From assembly GCA_963815195.1 (NCBI GenBank), contig CAWFGE010000010.1, forward strand, positions 416,001-480,000: DNA of 64,000 nt. Reading direction: 5' to 3'. Below the pieces are notes generated by a model that saw only the letters and a program-made list of their open reading frames with translations, made no database searches and was not told the origin of the DNA. This stretch comes from an uncultured Planctomycetaceae bacterium. Its GTDB lineage: Bacteria; Planctomycetota; Planctomycetia; Planctomycetales; Planctomycetaceae. Within the stretch, counting starts at the first letter, position 1; every line of letters begins with the position of its first letter. The translations under genes and the position numbers were made by a program. This document shows positions 20,971 through 32,026 of the stretch, one piece after another.

Positions 20971-23900
20971 ATGCAGGTTCGTTGTCCTTATTGCCAAAGT
21001 TCCATCGAGCTCACGGCCGAAGAATGGGACCACGATATTCAGTGCCCGACGTGCGATAGTTCCTTCAATCTCGTCGCAGATGACACGATTACCTTCCAAG
21101 AGACCGGTCGAACGATCGACCGGTTTCAGCTTTTGGAGTGTCTGGGGACAGGGAGTTTCGGAGCGGTTTGGAAAGCGAGGGACAGTGAGCTCGGCCGCAT
21201 CGTCGCCGTCAAAATCCCCAGAAAGGAACGGCTCTCGGCCGAAGAGTCGCAACAATTCCTCCGCGAAGCGCGGGCGGCGGCTCAACTCAAGCATCCCAAC
21301 ATCGTGGGCATGCACGAAATCGGGAAAGCGGACGACCTCATCTATCTGATCAGCGATTACATCGAGGGATTGACGCTTTCGGATTGGTTGAGCGGACAAC
21401 AATTGACGGTTCGGGAAGCCGCTGAGATCTGCGCCAAGGTCGCAGCCGCGGTGGGGCACGCTCATCAGGCGGGCGTGATCCACCGCGATTTAAAACCGTC
21501 GAACATCATGATCAGTCTCCGACGGCGAGCCCCATATTCTGGATTTCGGCCTGGCCAAACGCGAAATTGGCGAAGTTACGATGACCATCGAGGGGCAAAT
21601 CCTGGGAACGCCGGCCTATATGTCGCCGGAACAGGCTCGGGGTGATGCACATCATGCGGATGCGAGGTCCGATATTTTCTCGATGGGAGTGATTCTTTTT
21701 GAATTGCTCACGGGGGAGCGGCCGTTTCGGGGCAATCAGCGCATGCTGATTCATAACGTGATTCACGAGGAGGCGCCCAGTCCGCGTAAACTCAACGGCG
21801 AGATCGCGCTCGACTTGGAAACGATCTGCTTGAAATGCCTCGAGAAGGACGGCGAGAACCGCTACCAAACCAGTTTGGAACTCGCAGAGGAATTGCAGCG
21901 ATTTCTTCGAGGCGAACCCATCAAAGCCCGCCCCATCAGCAAACTCGCCCGTGCCGGCCGCTGGTGCGTGCGAAATCCCGTGGTCTCCGCCCTCACCGCC
22001 GCAGTGGTCGTGGTCGCCTTGGCGGCGTTTCTGATTGTTTTTTCGCAGTGGCGGATTGCGGAGGATGCCCGGGAGCAACTGGCGGCACAGGCGATCGCGG
22101 AAGCCGCCGCCAAACAGGAGGCCCTGTCGGCTCAATCCACCGCCCAAGAGGCGGAACAGCAAGCCAAACAGGATCGGCAACGGGCTCAGGCGGCCGAAGC
22201 CGATGCCCACAAAGCCACCTTGGACGGTCTGCATCAGGCGGCCGATTCGATCATCTCCAAATTGCAATTACTCAGAAAGACCAACGACATTCCCGGCGCC
22301 CAAAGCGATGCCCTGGAATCCATCCGCCACGCCGCCCAACTGCGAGCGCAAGCGGAGCAAACCGCAGAGAAACTTGCAGCGCGGACGCCGGAGCAACGCG
22401 AAAACGAGCAGATGTTCTGGGCGGATCGCCTGGTCACGCTGCGAACGGAAGCCGGGCATTGGCTGACGGAAACCCGCCTCAGAATCGCAGGGCAATACCA
22501 GTTTCCCATTCTTCCAGATTCCCGCGTCTATAACGTGCCTGTCAAGATCGCCGTCAGCCCGGATCGAAGCCGCATCGCCTGCGTGGACTCGAATCTTAAA
22601 GAAGTTCTCGTGCTGGAGACTCGGGGCGAAGTGATCCACCGACTGCGAATTCCCAAGCCGGAAAAGCCATTGATTTTCACGAGTTCAGCGCTCTCGGGCG
22701 TCGCATTGAGTTTTCGCACGGCTGATGCCCTCGAATTCATCGACTCCCGCCGTAAGTTGCTTTGGAGATTTCCCGATCCCCAGCCCCAGGTCCTGCCGCG
22801 GCCCAGAAGCCCGTCGTCCACTGCCAACCGCCACATTGCCCGGATCAGCGTGGTAAATGCCGAATGGGAGGCTTCTGTCGTCGACCGCCACTTTGGCAAA
22901 TATGCGGTCACGGCTCGCAAAGCCGGATCCCGAGAGGCCGGGCGGACACTTCTGTCGAAGGACGATTCGGAAACCGGCAGCCGATCCCTGCCGCAACTGC
23001 TCTTCGGCAGCCGGTCCTCCGAATTGTACATCTACGAAGCCGACAGGCTGTTTCTCTCCGATCTGAGTTCCGCGGCAACGGTAGGCGCGAATCTGGCGGA
23101 AAAGACGCAATCGCAGGTGAAGATTCATCACGCCCTGCCCACCGACCAGGGGCTGGTCACGCTCGTTTCCGAAACATCGGCATTGCAGGGGCGTTCCTCG
23201 CAAAAGACGTCTCGTTGGAAACTCATCTTTTGGGATAGCACGCTACCGAAAGTCAGCATCCAATCGCTCTCTCAGTCCTCGCCGGTTGAAAGTTTTGCGG
23301 CGACCCCGGATGGGCTTTGCTTCACAGGAAACGCCGATCACGTCGTGCGGAGCTTTCGAGGGAGCCAATTGGCCTGGAGCGCTGGGCTACCTGATCCAAG
23401 TTTGGATCAGAGTTCTCCCTTTCCTTCCACGTACCAGACAAACTCCCCCTATGTGTGGTGGGGGTTTCCCGGCGAATCCGGAGCAGCCTTTGCCGTCCAG
23501 CGAAGGGTTTCCGGCGAGAAGGCAACGGGAGCCGCCGGATCCATTACCGAAATCTATGCTCCTCACGATGGGCGCCTATTGCACACGTTTCCGGCAAAAG
23601 GTCCGGGCCGGTTACTCCAAGTGAGTATTGACCGTCGCTTCGGGGTTTTGGTGAAACACGAAAACGCGGAAACGATGACACTCGAATTGTGGTCGCTTCC
23701 CGAATTGAAACGCTTGATTGACTTGGGAACCTATTCGGCGACGGATGATCGTGTGTTTTCCGCAGATTCGCGATGGTTGTTGATGAAATTCGAAGCTCTC
23801 CAACGAATTGGAAACCTGGAACCTCGAAGAGCTAAAACTGGTCAGCCGGCTCCCTCTCGAAACTCCAGGAAGTTTCCAATTCGATCTCCCGCGGAACCGC

Positions 23901-26900
23901 GTGTTGGTGACGACTGTTTCGAACGAGAAGAAAACGTCGCATTTCAAAATCCTCGAATTGCCCACCGGCACGTTCAAACAACAATTTGACGAGCCGTTCG
24001 ACTCGTCGTCCAGATCCTATCGAAGCGGATGGTCCTTTACTGGGCACGAGCGATTCTTGCTGAAGAGCGTCGAAACAAGTTCCTTCGGCCCAACACGTCT
24101 GTCTCTGTTTGATTTGAAGCGGCTGAAACCCATCGAACTGGGGACGACCGGCTGGCACAACGCGATTGGCTCAGGCTCTAACGAGAGCTATTTGACATTT
24201 CATCCCGACGGCGAACGGGTGGCGATATTCGGCCAAATTGACGATCGGCACAGCGGACCGTTTCATATCGAAATATGGAATCTGGCCAGCGCGCAGCGGT
24301 TGGCGTACTATACGATACAGCATCGAGACTCAATCTTCGCCGCACGGGAATCAAACCGAGGTCACGATGCCGAGAAGGTCTGGATTCGAGTCCGCGATGG
24401 CGTCGATCGCAATTCCGCCGGCGAATTGCATTGTTGGAACTGGAACGATGGCAAGAAAACCTCTCGGCCCGAACTCCCCCCTTCGGACCAATCCGAGAGA
24501 TTTCAGAAAACGGATGGCGGAATCGTCTTTGACCGAACCGCGATCGGCGGGACGGGAACCGTCACGCTGGAAAATACGGCCGATTCCCCTCTGAAATGGT
24601 CCCGCACGGAATACAGCAAGCAGCGGCGTTATCTCCACTTGATGGGCGACGGCATCAACGGCGTTTGGAATTTGACGGATGGCGGGAAAGTGCTCCAATT
24701 TCCGGAGGAACACGAGTTTCTGATGTTTGACACCTCGGAAGCATGGTGCATCTCGGAAACAAAAGACAAACAGCTTGGCATTTGGAATCTCGACTCCGGG
24801 GAACTGGCCCATCAATTCTCTCCGCCCTGGTTCGATTCGTTGACGTCGTCCGGCAGAATCCCGCTGACAACATCGCAATCCTTTCGGATTGATTTGCATC
24901 CCAGCGGATCGATCCTCTCCCTCCGCAACAAATCCCGCTTAGCGCTCTGGAGCGTGGAGCGAAACGCCCCCATTCGAGAAATCGATCGGCCGGGGCATTC
25001 CGCAAAAATCACGGCGGTCGCCGACCATCCTCCTTCGCAACTGGTTGCCACGGGGGATGCCGAGGGCGTCATTATTTTGTGGGACCGCGACAATGGACGG
25101 CAGGTGCGGATCCTGGATGCTCATGATCGCCAAATTGCGCGGTTGGAATTCGCGGCGGGCGGCGATCTTTTCAGTTTGACGACCGGTGGCGAACTGGCGC
25201 AAATTCATGGGGACGGCACGTTCGCCTGGCGGTTGCAAGCCAACTCGGCCAAATTCACCCGTTTCACCGCCTATCCCGCGGGACGCGTCCTGGCGGTCGC
25301 ATCGGACGAAGGGCGTCTCGCGTTTCTGGACGCCCAAAAAGGGAAGTCTCTCGGCCGGATCTCGCGGGAAGCTTCCCCGATCAACGATTTCCGTTTTTCG
25401 CCTGACGGCCGATTGTTGGCGGTGGCCACCGAATCGGGCCACGTTTCCCTTTGGACCCATGCAGCCGAGACGCCTCGGCTAAAATGGAATGTGGGTGCAC
25501 CGGCAAGATGCGTTTGTTTTACGGCCGACGGTTCGCAGTTGCTGGTGGCAACTGACAAGGAAATCCATTTTTACGATCCAGATACCGGCCAGAAGGCATG
25601 GGCGCTGACGCATGCCGGATCGGGCGTGCAAGCACTCCAAGCGGCTTCTTCTGGTGACACGATTTACTTGCTCGACCAAACCGGCGTGTTGCAGGCTTGC
25701 GGGTTGAGGTCCCTCCTGGAAACGTTCGCACACTTCGGTTTGAGCGGACAAGAAACCTCTAAAAAGACAATGACAGCGGTCAACCTTCAATCGCCGGAAA
25801 CCTGGGTGGAATTTGCAAAAGCCCGCGAATTGGAGTTGAAAGCCCGGCGGGCGGAAGAATTGAAGATTGCTCAGTCGCTCGTAGAGGCGGGAAAGTGGGC
25901 GCAGGCTGTAGCCGCCTACAGCCAACTTCTCGCGGATCAGCCCCATCACGCGGAGTCTCTCCGGGGCCGCGGAATCTCGCTGGCTCGGTTGGAGGAATCG
26001 GCCGCGGCCGTGGCCGACCTGTCAAAAGCCATCGAGTTAAAACTCGTGGATCCCGGGCTTTACTTCGAACGGGGCGTGGCGTTCACAAAACTCAACAAAT
26101 GGAAGGAGGCCGCCGCCGATTTCTCGGAAGCCCTCAAAGGCGACCCGGAGAACCTGCCGGTGTTGAAAGAGCGGGCAGCGGCGGCATGATGCCCTCAAAG
26201 ACTTCGGGAAGGCCATCGAGGATTACACTCGGATCCTGGACAAGGAACCCGAGAATCGGCCCTTTCGAGTCAAGCGGGCGGCGGCCCGTTACGCCCTCAA
26301 AGACTTCGGGAAGGCCATCGAGGACCACACCTGGATCCTGGAAAAGGACGCCGAGAATCGTGCGATTCGGAAACAACGGGCTGAGGCTTATTACGCCTTG
26401 GAAGCGTACGAAAAGGCAATCGAGGATCTCAACCTGATCCTGGCAGCCGAACCGGAGAATCTGGCGTCCCTTTTCCGTCGCGGGTATCTCTATCTCAAAT
26501 TGAAAGAGTGGAAAAAGGCTGTTGCGGATTTCAATGCCTACCTCGCCATCCGGGATGACAGCCGCGCGGCCTGGCAGAATCTGGCGGTTGCCCATTCGAA
26601 CCTGAAAATGTATGAATTGGCCGCGAACGATTACACCCGGGCGATTCAAATTGATCCCAAGAACTGGGACCTGTACCGCTCGCGCGAAGGCGCGGGCGAA
26701 CCTCAAAGATTGGATGGCAGCCGCCGCCGACCTGAACAAAGCGGTCGATCTGGCGCGACAGAGAACGCGGTCTTTCTGGAGAGAGGCATCGCCTTTCAAG
26801 GACTCAAGAAATGGAAAGACGCGGCAGAAGACTTTTCCAAGGTTTTAGAAGCGGACCCCAAACACAAGGCCGCGCTCGAGCGGCGTGCGGCCGTCTATTT

Positions 26901-27831
26901 TGCCCTGAAAGAGTATGAGAGATGCATTGCGGACCACACGCAGATCCTCGCTCTGGATCCCCAAAACCTCGCTTCGCTTTTTGGACGAGGCTATCTCTAT
27001 TCGAAAGCGAACGAATGGGAGAAATCGCTTGCCGATCTCAATGCTTACATCGCCATTCGGGATGACAATCGCGCTGCGTGGCAGAACCGGGCCGTCGCGC
27101 ATTCGAAACTCAAGATGTACGAACACGCTGCGGACGATTACACCCGGGCGATCGAACTGGCACCGGACAACTGGGGTAACTACAAGTGGCGCGGGAGCGC
27201 CCGGGCGAAGCTGAAGGACTGGGCATCGGCCGCGGCCGATTTCCAAAAGGCCATCCAACTCGGCCCCCAAGAAGCATTGCGGGACGTTCAAGTGCTCTAT
27301 TACTGGCTGGCCATTTTGAGCTTGAATAATCAAGATCCCGAGCAATTCGCAAAAACGTGTGCTGACCTAATGGAAAGATTCGGCAAGACAGACGACCTCG
27401 AAATCGCGAACAGCGTGGTCTGGACCTGTTCGCTCGCCAGCCACGTCGCCAAGTTGGACGTGGGGACGGCCCGCGCAAGAATTGAAGAGAGCGTCAAGGA
27501 AAAGCCGTCTCACCCGCTCTTGAATACTTTGGGGGCCGCACACTACCGCGCCCAGGACTACCAAGCCGCCATCGAGACCCTGAATCAGGGGATTGAGATC
27601 CAAGGAAAAGGCGGTTCGCCCCTGGATTGGTTATTCCTCGCGATGGCCCATGCGCGACTTGGGGACCAGGAAGACGCGAAGACATGGCTGGAAAAAGCCG
27701 ACGCCTATCTTTCCGGCGAGGCTCCGGTGGAAGAGTTAACGAGGTTTGAGGATTTGGATTGGCCCCAGAAACTCGTCGTGCGGCAGATTCATTCCGAAGC
27801 AAAACAAATCGTCGGAGCCAGGAAGCAATAG
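20971..27831 (+). CDS. Ser/Thr kinase with TM helix, WD40-like repeats and TPR repeats (several frameshifts)
   Basis: Zn-ribbon CPYC/CPTC, LGTGSFGAVW, VAVKIP, HRDLKPSNI, DFGLA, GTPAYMSPEQ; GHSAKITAVA..WD; TPRs; split over ORFs starting 20971, 21581, 23808, 26398. Confidence 0.88.
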
Positions 27832-27879
27832 TATTCCGGCAATCCGCGCCAGGGGTTCGCGTTTGTCGGCGGCGATCCA

Positions 27880-28030
27880 TATTGGTCGTCAACGGCGTGG
27901 ACATTGCGGAAACTGCAAGCGGCCTGCCGCCGAGGGCCCCGCTCCTCGTCAGCGGCTCTGCCAGTTCGACCGGCAGCACGTTGACCTTGGCGGCACTTCA
28001 ATCGATCGTCACTGCTGCGATCAGCCGCGT
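27880..28030 (+). pseudogene. Remnant homologous to the 1185-1265 region
   Basis: ccggcagcacgttgacct.ggc.gc.cttcaa.c.atcgtc.c.gc.gcgatca.ccgc shared with 1207-1265. Confidence 0.7.
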
Positions 28031-28078
28031 GGCGAGGAGCGTCGCGGAGAGCGACTTTCCGCGTGTGGTGTCTTCTTG

Positions 28079-28309
28079 TCAGTCGTCTGCATCCAGCGGG
28101 GCGGATTCGCAGGAGGCCATAGCGTCGGCCACGAGGCCCGTCCATTGGCAGGTTTCGCACTCGCAGGGAGAGTCCTCTTCCCAGACGGACGTGAGCGTCA
28201 CGGACTCCGTCAGTTGGTATTCATCCGCGGCATGGAAGAATGCGGTGACATAGCCTTGAAGATGGATTTCGATTCTTAAAAGCTGCCCGTGGCATTGGGG
28301 ACATCGCAT
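28079..28309 (-). CDS. 76-aa CxxC...CxxC small protein, copy 2
   Basis: Paralog of 2037..2267. Confidence 0.7.
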   Translation of the reverse strand: MRCPQCHGQLLRIEIHLQGYVTAFFHAADEYQLTESVTLTSVWEEDSPCECETCQWTGLVADAMASCESAPLDADD

Positions 28310-28520
28310 GATTGGCGGTTTCTCGAGAAGGTGGCGGTAAAAGGAAATGGGGCGGGCGGTAGGGGCGCCGGTAGGCGGGAATGGCCATGGGGGAACGGCA
28401 GTTTTAGGGGTTTGAGAATGTTCCAGAGAAACCGTTCGTCAAACCACCGGAGCCAGTGTCGAGGAGAGCCGTTATTGTGCGGCCGTTGCAGGGAAGTAAG
28501 CGCCCGGTTTTGACAGGGGG

Positions 28521-30227
28521 TTATTCGCCTTTGCGGCGGCGGCTTCGTTTGGCTTTTTGGCGGGCGCGTTTTCGGCGGGATTCTTCCAGGCGGTAATTCA
28601 GCACGTGTTCGGGATGGGCGGCGGCCCAGCGGTCGGGAAGCAAGGCGTCCAGGTCGCTGGTCTCGGCGGCGAGCTTGACCAAGACATCGGTCATATAGGC
28701 CCAGGGTTCCAGGTGGTGCCGTTTGGCTCCGGCGAGGATCGTAAACAACACCGCGGCCCGAGGGCCCGCCGACTCGTGGCCCAAGAACAGCCAGTTTTTT
28801 CTTCCAATGGCTTGAGCCCGCAAGGTGCGTTCGCTGACGTTGTTGTCGATCGTCCGCCGGCCGTCGTCCACATAAAGGCAGAACGCCGACCATTGGTTTC
28901 GCGCATAAGTCACCGCCTGGCCGAGCTTCGATTTGGGCAGCGCGCGCAGCTTCAACTCGTCCAACGACGCTTTCATCTTGGCCAAGATTGGCAAGGCTTC
29001 TTTCTGACGCAGGGCGTGACGGATCTCAGCGGGCTCCTCGCGGGCGCGGTCCTCGATGTCATACAGTTGCCGAAACCATTCCAGCATCTGCGCACTCTCG
29101 CGCGGGGCCTGGGATTTCGCCTGCTCGAACTTGCGGCGGATGTGCGCTCCGCACGCCACGCGCACGATCGCCCCATTGGATCCCATCACGATCCCGTCAT
29201 AGCCGCCGTAAGCATCCGCATGCATCGCGCCTTGATAGTTCGCCAGGAACTTGGCCGGGCCGTCGCGCTTGCGGCTTTTGGTGAAGTCATACACCGAGTA
29301 GGGATAGAGATCATCGCCGATGTAAGTCCAAAACCGTGACAGCCGACTGCCGCCCTCCGCCTTCGGATCGAGCATTCGCACCGGCGTGTCGTCGGTCCAG
29401 ATCACATCGGATTTCAATACGAGCGCGAGCATCCGCTCGTAAAGCGGCTTGAGTAAATCCGCCGCCGCTTGCGTCCAATCGCAGAGCGTGCTCCGCGAGA
29501 GATAAAGCCCCAGCCGTGTGAAACGATCTTCCAGGCGATAAAGCGGCAGATGATCGCCGAACTTGCTGATAAGGATTTCGCTGATTAACCCCGGCCCGGC
29601 GATCGAGCGCGGCAGGATTCGCTCCGGCGGAGGCGGGCTGACCACGCCCTCCTGACAACACGGACAAGCGTACTTGGGGAGCACATAGACTTCGACTTCC
29701 AAGACCGCCGGGCGATACTGCAGCACCGAGCGTTCGTCTTCGCCGATCTTCGTCTTCTCGCCGCCGCAGGTTTCGCAGTGCTTGTCTTCCTCGGGAACGT
29801 CGAGTTCAATCCGCCGCTGGGGCAAATGCTCAAGCTTGTCTTTTTGCGAGCGGCGTTTCTTTCGCCGGGGCGAAACCGGCGGCTCTTCCTCGGAAACGCC
29901 CTCTTCGTCGAGAACGGGCGAGGCGCTCGGCTCCAGTTCAAACAGATGCCGTTGGCCGTCGGCTTCGCGGTTGCGCTCCGTCCTTCGCCCAAAAGCCCAG
30001 CGGCGAAACTGCTCGAACTCCGCCTTTAAGAGATCATGTTCCTCAAGCAGTTCGTGATAGTTCGCATCGACTTCGTCCAGTACGCGCCGTTGCTCTTCCA
30101 AAGCATGCTGCTTCTCTTGCAAAGCATGCTGCTTTTGCGTGAGCGCCACTTGCTGCTGCCAAATCAGTTCGTGGCAAGCAGCCAAGTCATCTGGAAGTGA
30201 GGAGTCCGAAGTCATCCAGCACGACAA
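28521..30227 (-). CDS. tnpC: IS66 transposase TnpC
   Basis: FGRRTE, KFGDHLPLYR, DDTPV, HADAYGGY, CGAHIRRKF, IDNNVSER, GRKNWLF. Confidence 0.97.
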   Translation of the reverse strand: MSCWMTSDSSLPDDLAACHELIWQQQVALTQKQHALQEKQHALEEQRRVLDEVDANYHELLEEHDLLKAEFEQFRRWAFGRRTERNREADGQRHLFELEPSASPVLDEEGVSEEEPPVSPRRKKRRSQKDKLEHLPQRRIELDVPEEDKHCETCGGEKTKIGEDERSVLQYRPAVLEVEVYVLPKYACPCCQEGVVSPPPPERILPRSIAGPGLISEILISKFGDHLPLYRLEDRFTRLGLYLSRSTLCDWTQAAADLLKPLYERMLALVLKSDVIWTDDTPVRMLDPKAEGGSRLSRFWTYIGDDLYPYSVYDFTKSRKRDGPAKFLANYQGAMHADAYGGYDGIVMGSNGAIVRVACGAHIRRKFEQAKSQAPRESAQMLEWFRQLYDIEDRAREEPAEIRHALRQKEALPILAKMKASLDELKLRALPKSKLGQAVTYARNQWSAFCLYVDDGRRTIDNNVSERTLRAQAIGRKNWLFLGHESAGPRAAVLFTILAGAKRHHLEPWAYMTDVLVKLAAETSDLDALLPDRWAAAHPEHVLNYRLEESRRKRARQKAKRSRRRKGE

Positions 30228-30322
30228 GCAAAAAAAGGTGAGGGAATCCTCCGACAGGATCCCTCACCCTTCGCGTTTATTCCCCAAAACAAAAAAGTTT
30301 TTTGAAAATATGTTGAGCGGGT

Positions 30323-30682
30323 TTATCGCTCGCGGGATTCGCTTTTCTGATAGCGTTTGCGACGGCGGGCGCTCGTCATGTCAATCCCCGAAAGCAGCAT
30401 CGAAAGCTCGGCCGCGTCCAACTCCACGTGGTCTTCCCCTTCGCGCGGCACTTGATAAGTCCCTCGCTCCAAGCGCTTGTAAAAAATTGACAGACCGTCA
30501 TGGTCCCACGCCAGGATCTTCACGCGATCGCGGCGGCGGTTGAGAAATACAAACCAGTGCCCGCTCAAGACATCGGCCTCGAACCCGGTTTCGACCAACC
30601 CCGAAAGACCATCAAATCCTTTACGAAGATCAGTGGGCTTTGTGCACAGAAACACGCGGACCAAAGGCGAGAGGTTCAGCAT
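30323..30682 (-). CDS. tnpB: IS66 accessory protein TnpB
   Basis: PTDLRKGFDGL, FLNRRRDRVKILAWDHDG, YKRLERG. Confidence 0.95.
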   Translation of the reverse strand: MLNLSPLVRVFLCTKPTDLRKGFDGLSGLVETGFEADVLSGHWFVFLNRRRDRVKILAWDHDGLSIFYKRLERGTYQVPREGEDHVELDAAELSMLLSGIDMTSARRRKRYQKSESRER

Positions 30683-31044
30683 GCCGAATCCTCCCGGCCG
30701 GTCCGGGCCGCGGCCTGGATCGCCAAGGCCAACACCCGCTCGTCCGCCTCCAAAGGCACATGCACCACGGCCCCGCCCGGCAACACGATCCGCACCTCCG
30801 CAGCCGAGGACGGCGGCGTCACACTCACCGGCACAAACAGTGGTTCATTTCCCGAGAGCGTCGCCGAAGTCCGAGACGGCGACGGCATTCTCCCCAGCCC
30901 CAACCGCCTTTTCCAGGCATGAAAGTTCGAGTAGGAAACCCCCTCGCGTTCACAAAAGGCTTTCGCCGTCAAACCGCTGTCGTGAAACCGCCCCAACCGC
31001 TCCCGCCACACCGCTTCCGTCTGCCGCTGCTGATGAGCCATCAT
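30676..31044 (-). CDS. tnpA: IS66 accessory protein TnpA
   Basis: SGLTAKAFCEREGVSYSNFHAWKRRL...FVPV. Confidence 0.9.
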   Translation of the reverse strand: MMAHQQRQTEAVWRERLGRFHDSGLTAKAFCEREGVSYSNFHAWKRRLGLGRMPSPSRTSATLSGNEPLFVPVSVTPPSSAAEVRIVLPGGAVVHVPLEADERVLALAIQAAARTGREDSAC

Positions 31045-31152
31045 ACGCCTCCGCTGTGAGAAGTTCAGAAATCCCCACAGCGTAAACCACCCGTCAAGAA
31101 TGGTTACGTCGGACGCTTACCTTGGAGTTGAGCATTTGTGTGACGTGGTTTG

Positions 31153-31502
31153 GCTGTGGTTCGCGGGGAAGCGCCGCTCGGATACACTCCAGTCATCTGC
31201 GAGGCGGCCGCTATAGGGGCTGTGGTTCGCGGGGAAGCGCCGCTCGGATACACTCGGCGTGGCGACACCCACCTGGCTGAATGCGCTGTGGTTCACGGGG
31301 AAGCGCCGCTCGGATACACTGCCTTCGATTTCAAGTCGGCGCTCGCCGGGCTGTGGTTCGCGGGGAAGCGCCGCTCGGATACACTGCCTTCGATTTCAAG
31401 TCGGCGCTCGCCGGGCTGTGGTTCGCGGGGAAGCGCCGCTCGGATACACTACGGAGGATGAGGTCAGCCGCAACGTCGGCGCTGTGGTTCGCGGGGAAGC
31501 GC
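31153..31502 (+). CRISPR. Orphan CRISPR array, 36-nt repeat GCTGTGGTTCGCGGGGAAGCGCCGCTCGGATACACT, type II-C-like
   Basis: Full repeats at 31153, 31219, 31285 (one mismatch), 31350, 31415 and a 22-nt truncated repeat at 31481; spacers of 30, 30, 29, 29, 30 nt. Confidence 0.93.
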
Positions 31503-31639
31503 ACTGGCGATCGATTCTCAAATCAGTGCCGAGCGACGCTGCGGCCCGGAAATGGCCGCTGTCGTGCTTGTCTCATGTTCGGGATTGTGACACCAAAGCG
31601 TGACACAAACGCCGCGTATTTTTTACACAATTCACGTTT

Positions 31640-31832
31640 TTTGCCATCGGAGCTCGTCACCGGTTCACCTCGCCGCCGCTGTTTTGTCTGACGCTTCGCT
31701 TTCCGTGCCACGTGCCGTGCAATTTTCCGCTTGCGTTTTTGCAGTTGCCGTCGTGTAATAGCTTTCACTTGAAACTCTCTTGAGGGTTGCGTTCGAAGAA
31801 TCGCTTACACTTCTTTTGATGCAAGACCAGGG
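31640..31832 (-). pseudogene. Possible 5' remnant of IS1380-family transposase
   Basis: MKAITRRQLQKRKRKIARHV resembles planctomycete IS1380 N-termini; ORF degenerates after ~40 aa. Confidence 0.4.
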
Positions 31833-32026
31833 AAGTTTCGAGTTCTTCCACAATTTTCAAGAAACAATCCCAAAATCTTCGCTTGGTTAAGGAATTGGCT
31901 GTCGTTAGACAGTTTCTTCCGCGTCCAATCGGAGCTATGGAAATCGCCGACAGAAAGCCGGGTGCGGACGTTTCAACTGTGGATCTTCTATAAAGGGTCA
32001 GATCTCGCTTTCAGAGGAGTGGAAGA

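Larger units (their letters stand above)
28496..31120 (-). mobile_element. IS66-family insertion sequence
   Basis: Ends GTAAGCGCCC (28496) and GGACGCTTAC (31120); tnpA-tnpB-tnpC; no matching 8-bp target duplication. Confidence 0.95.

Noticed and set aside
28488..31128. 8-bp target-site duplication of IS66
   Set aside because: Flanks gcagggaa and cttggagt do not match
31123..31480. Self-targeting spacers within the window
   Set aside because: Only short (~10 nt) matches seen by eye; a computed search is needed
31150..31691. ORFs over the CRISPR array
   Set aside because: Translations of repeats and spacers
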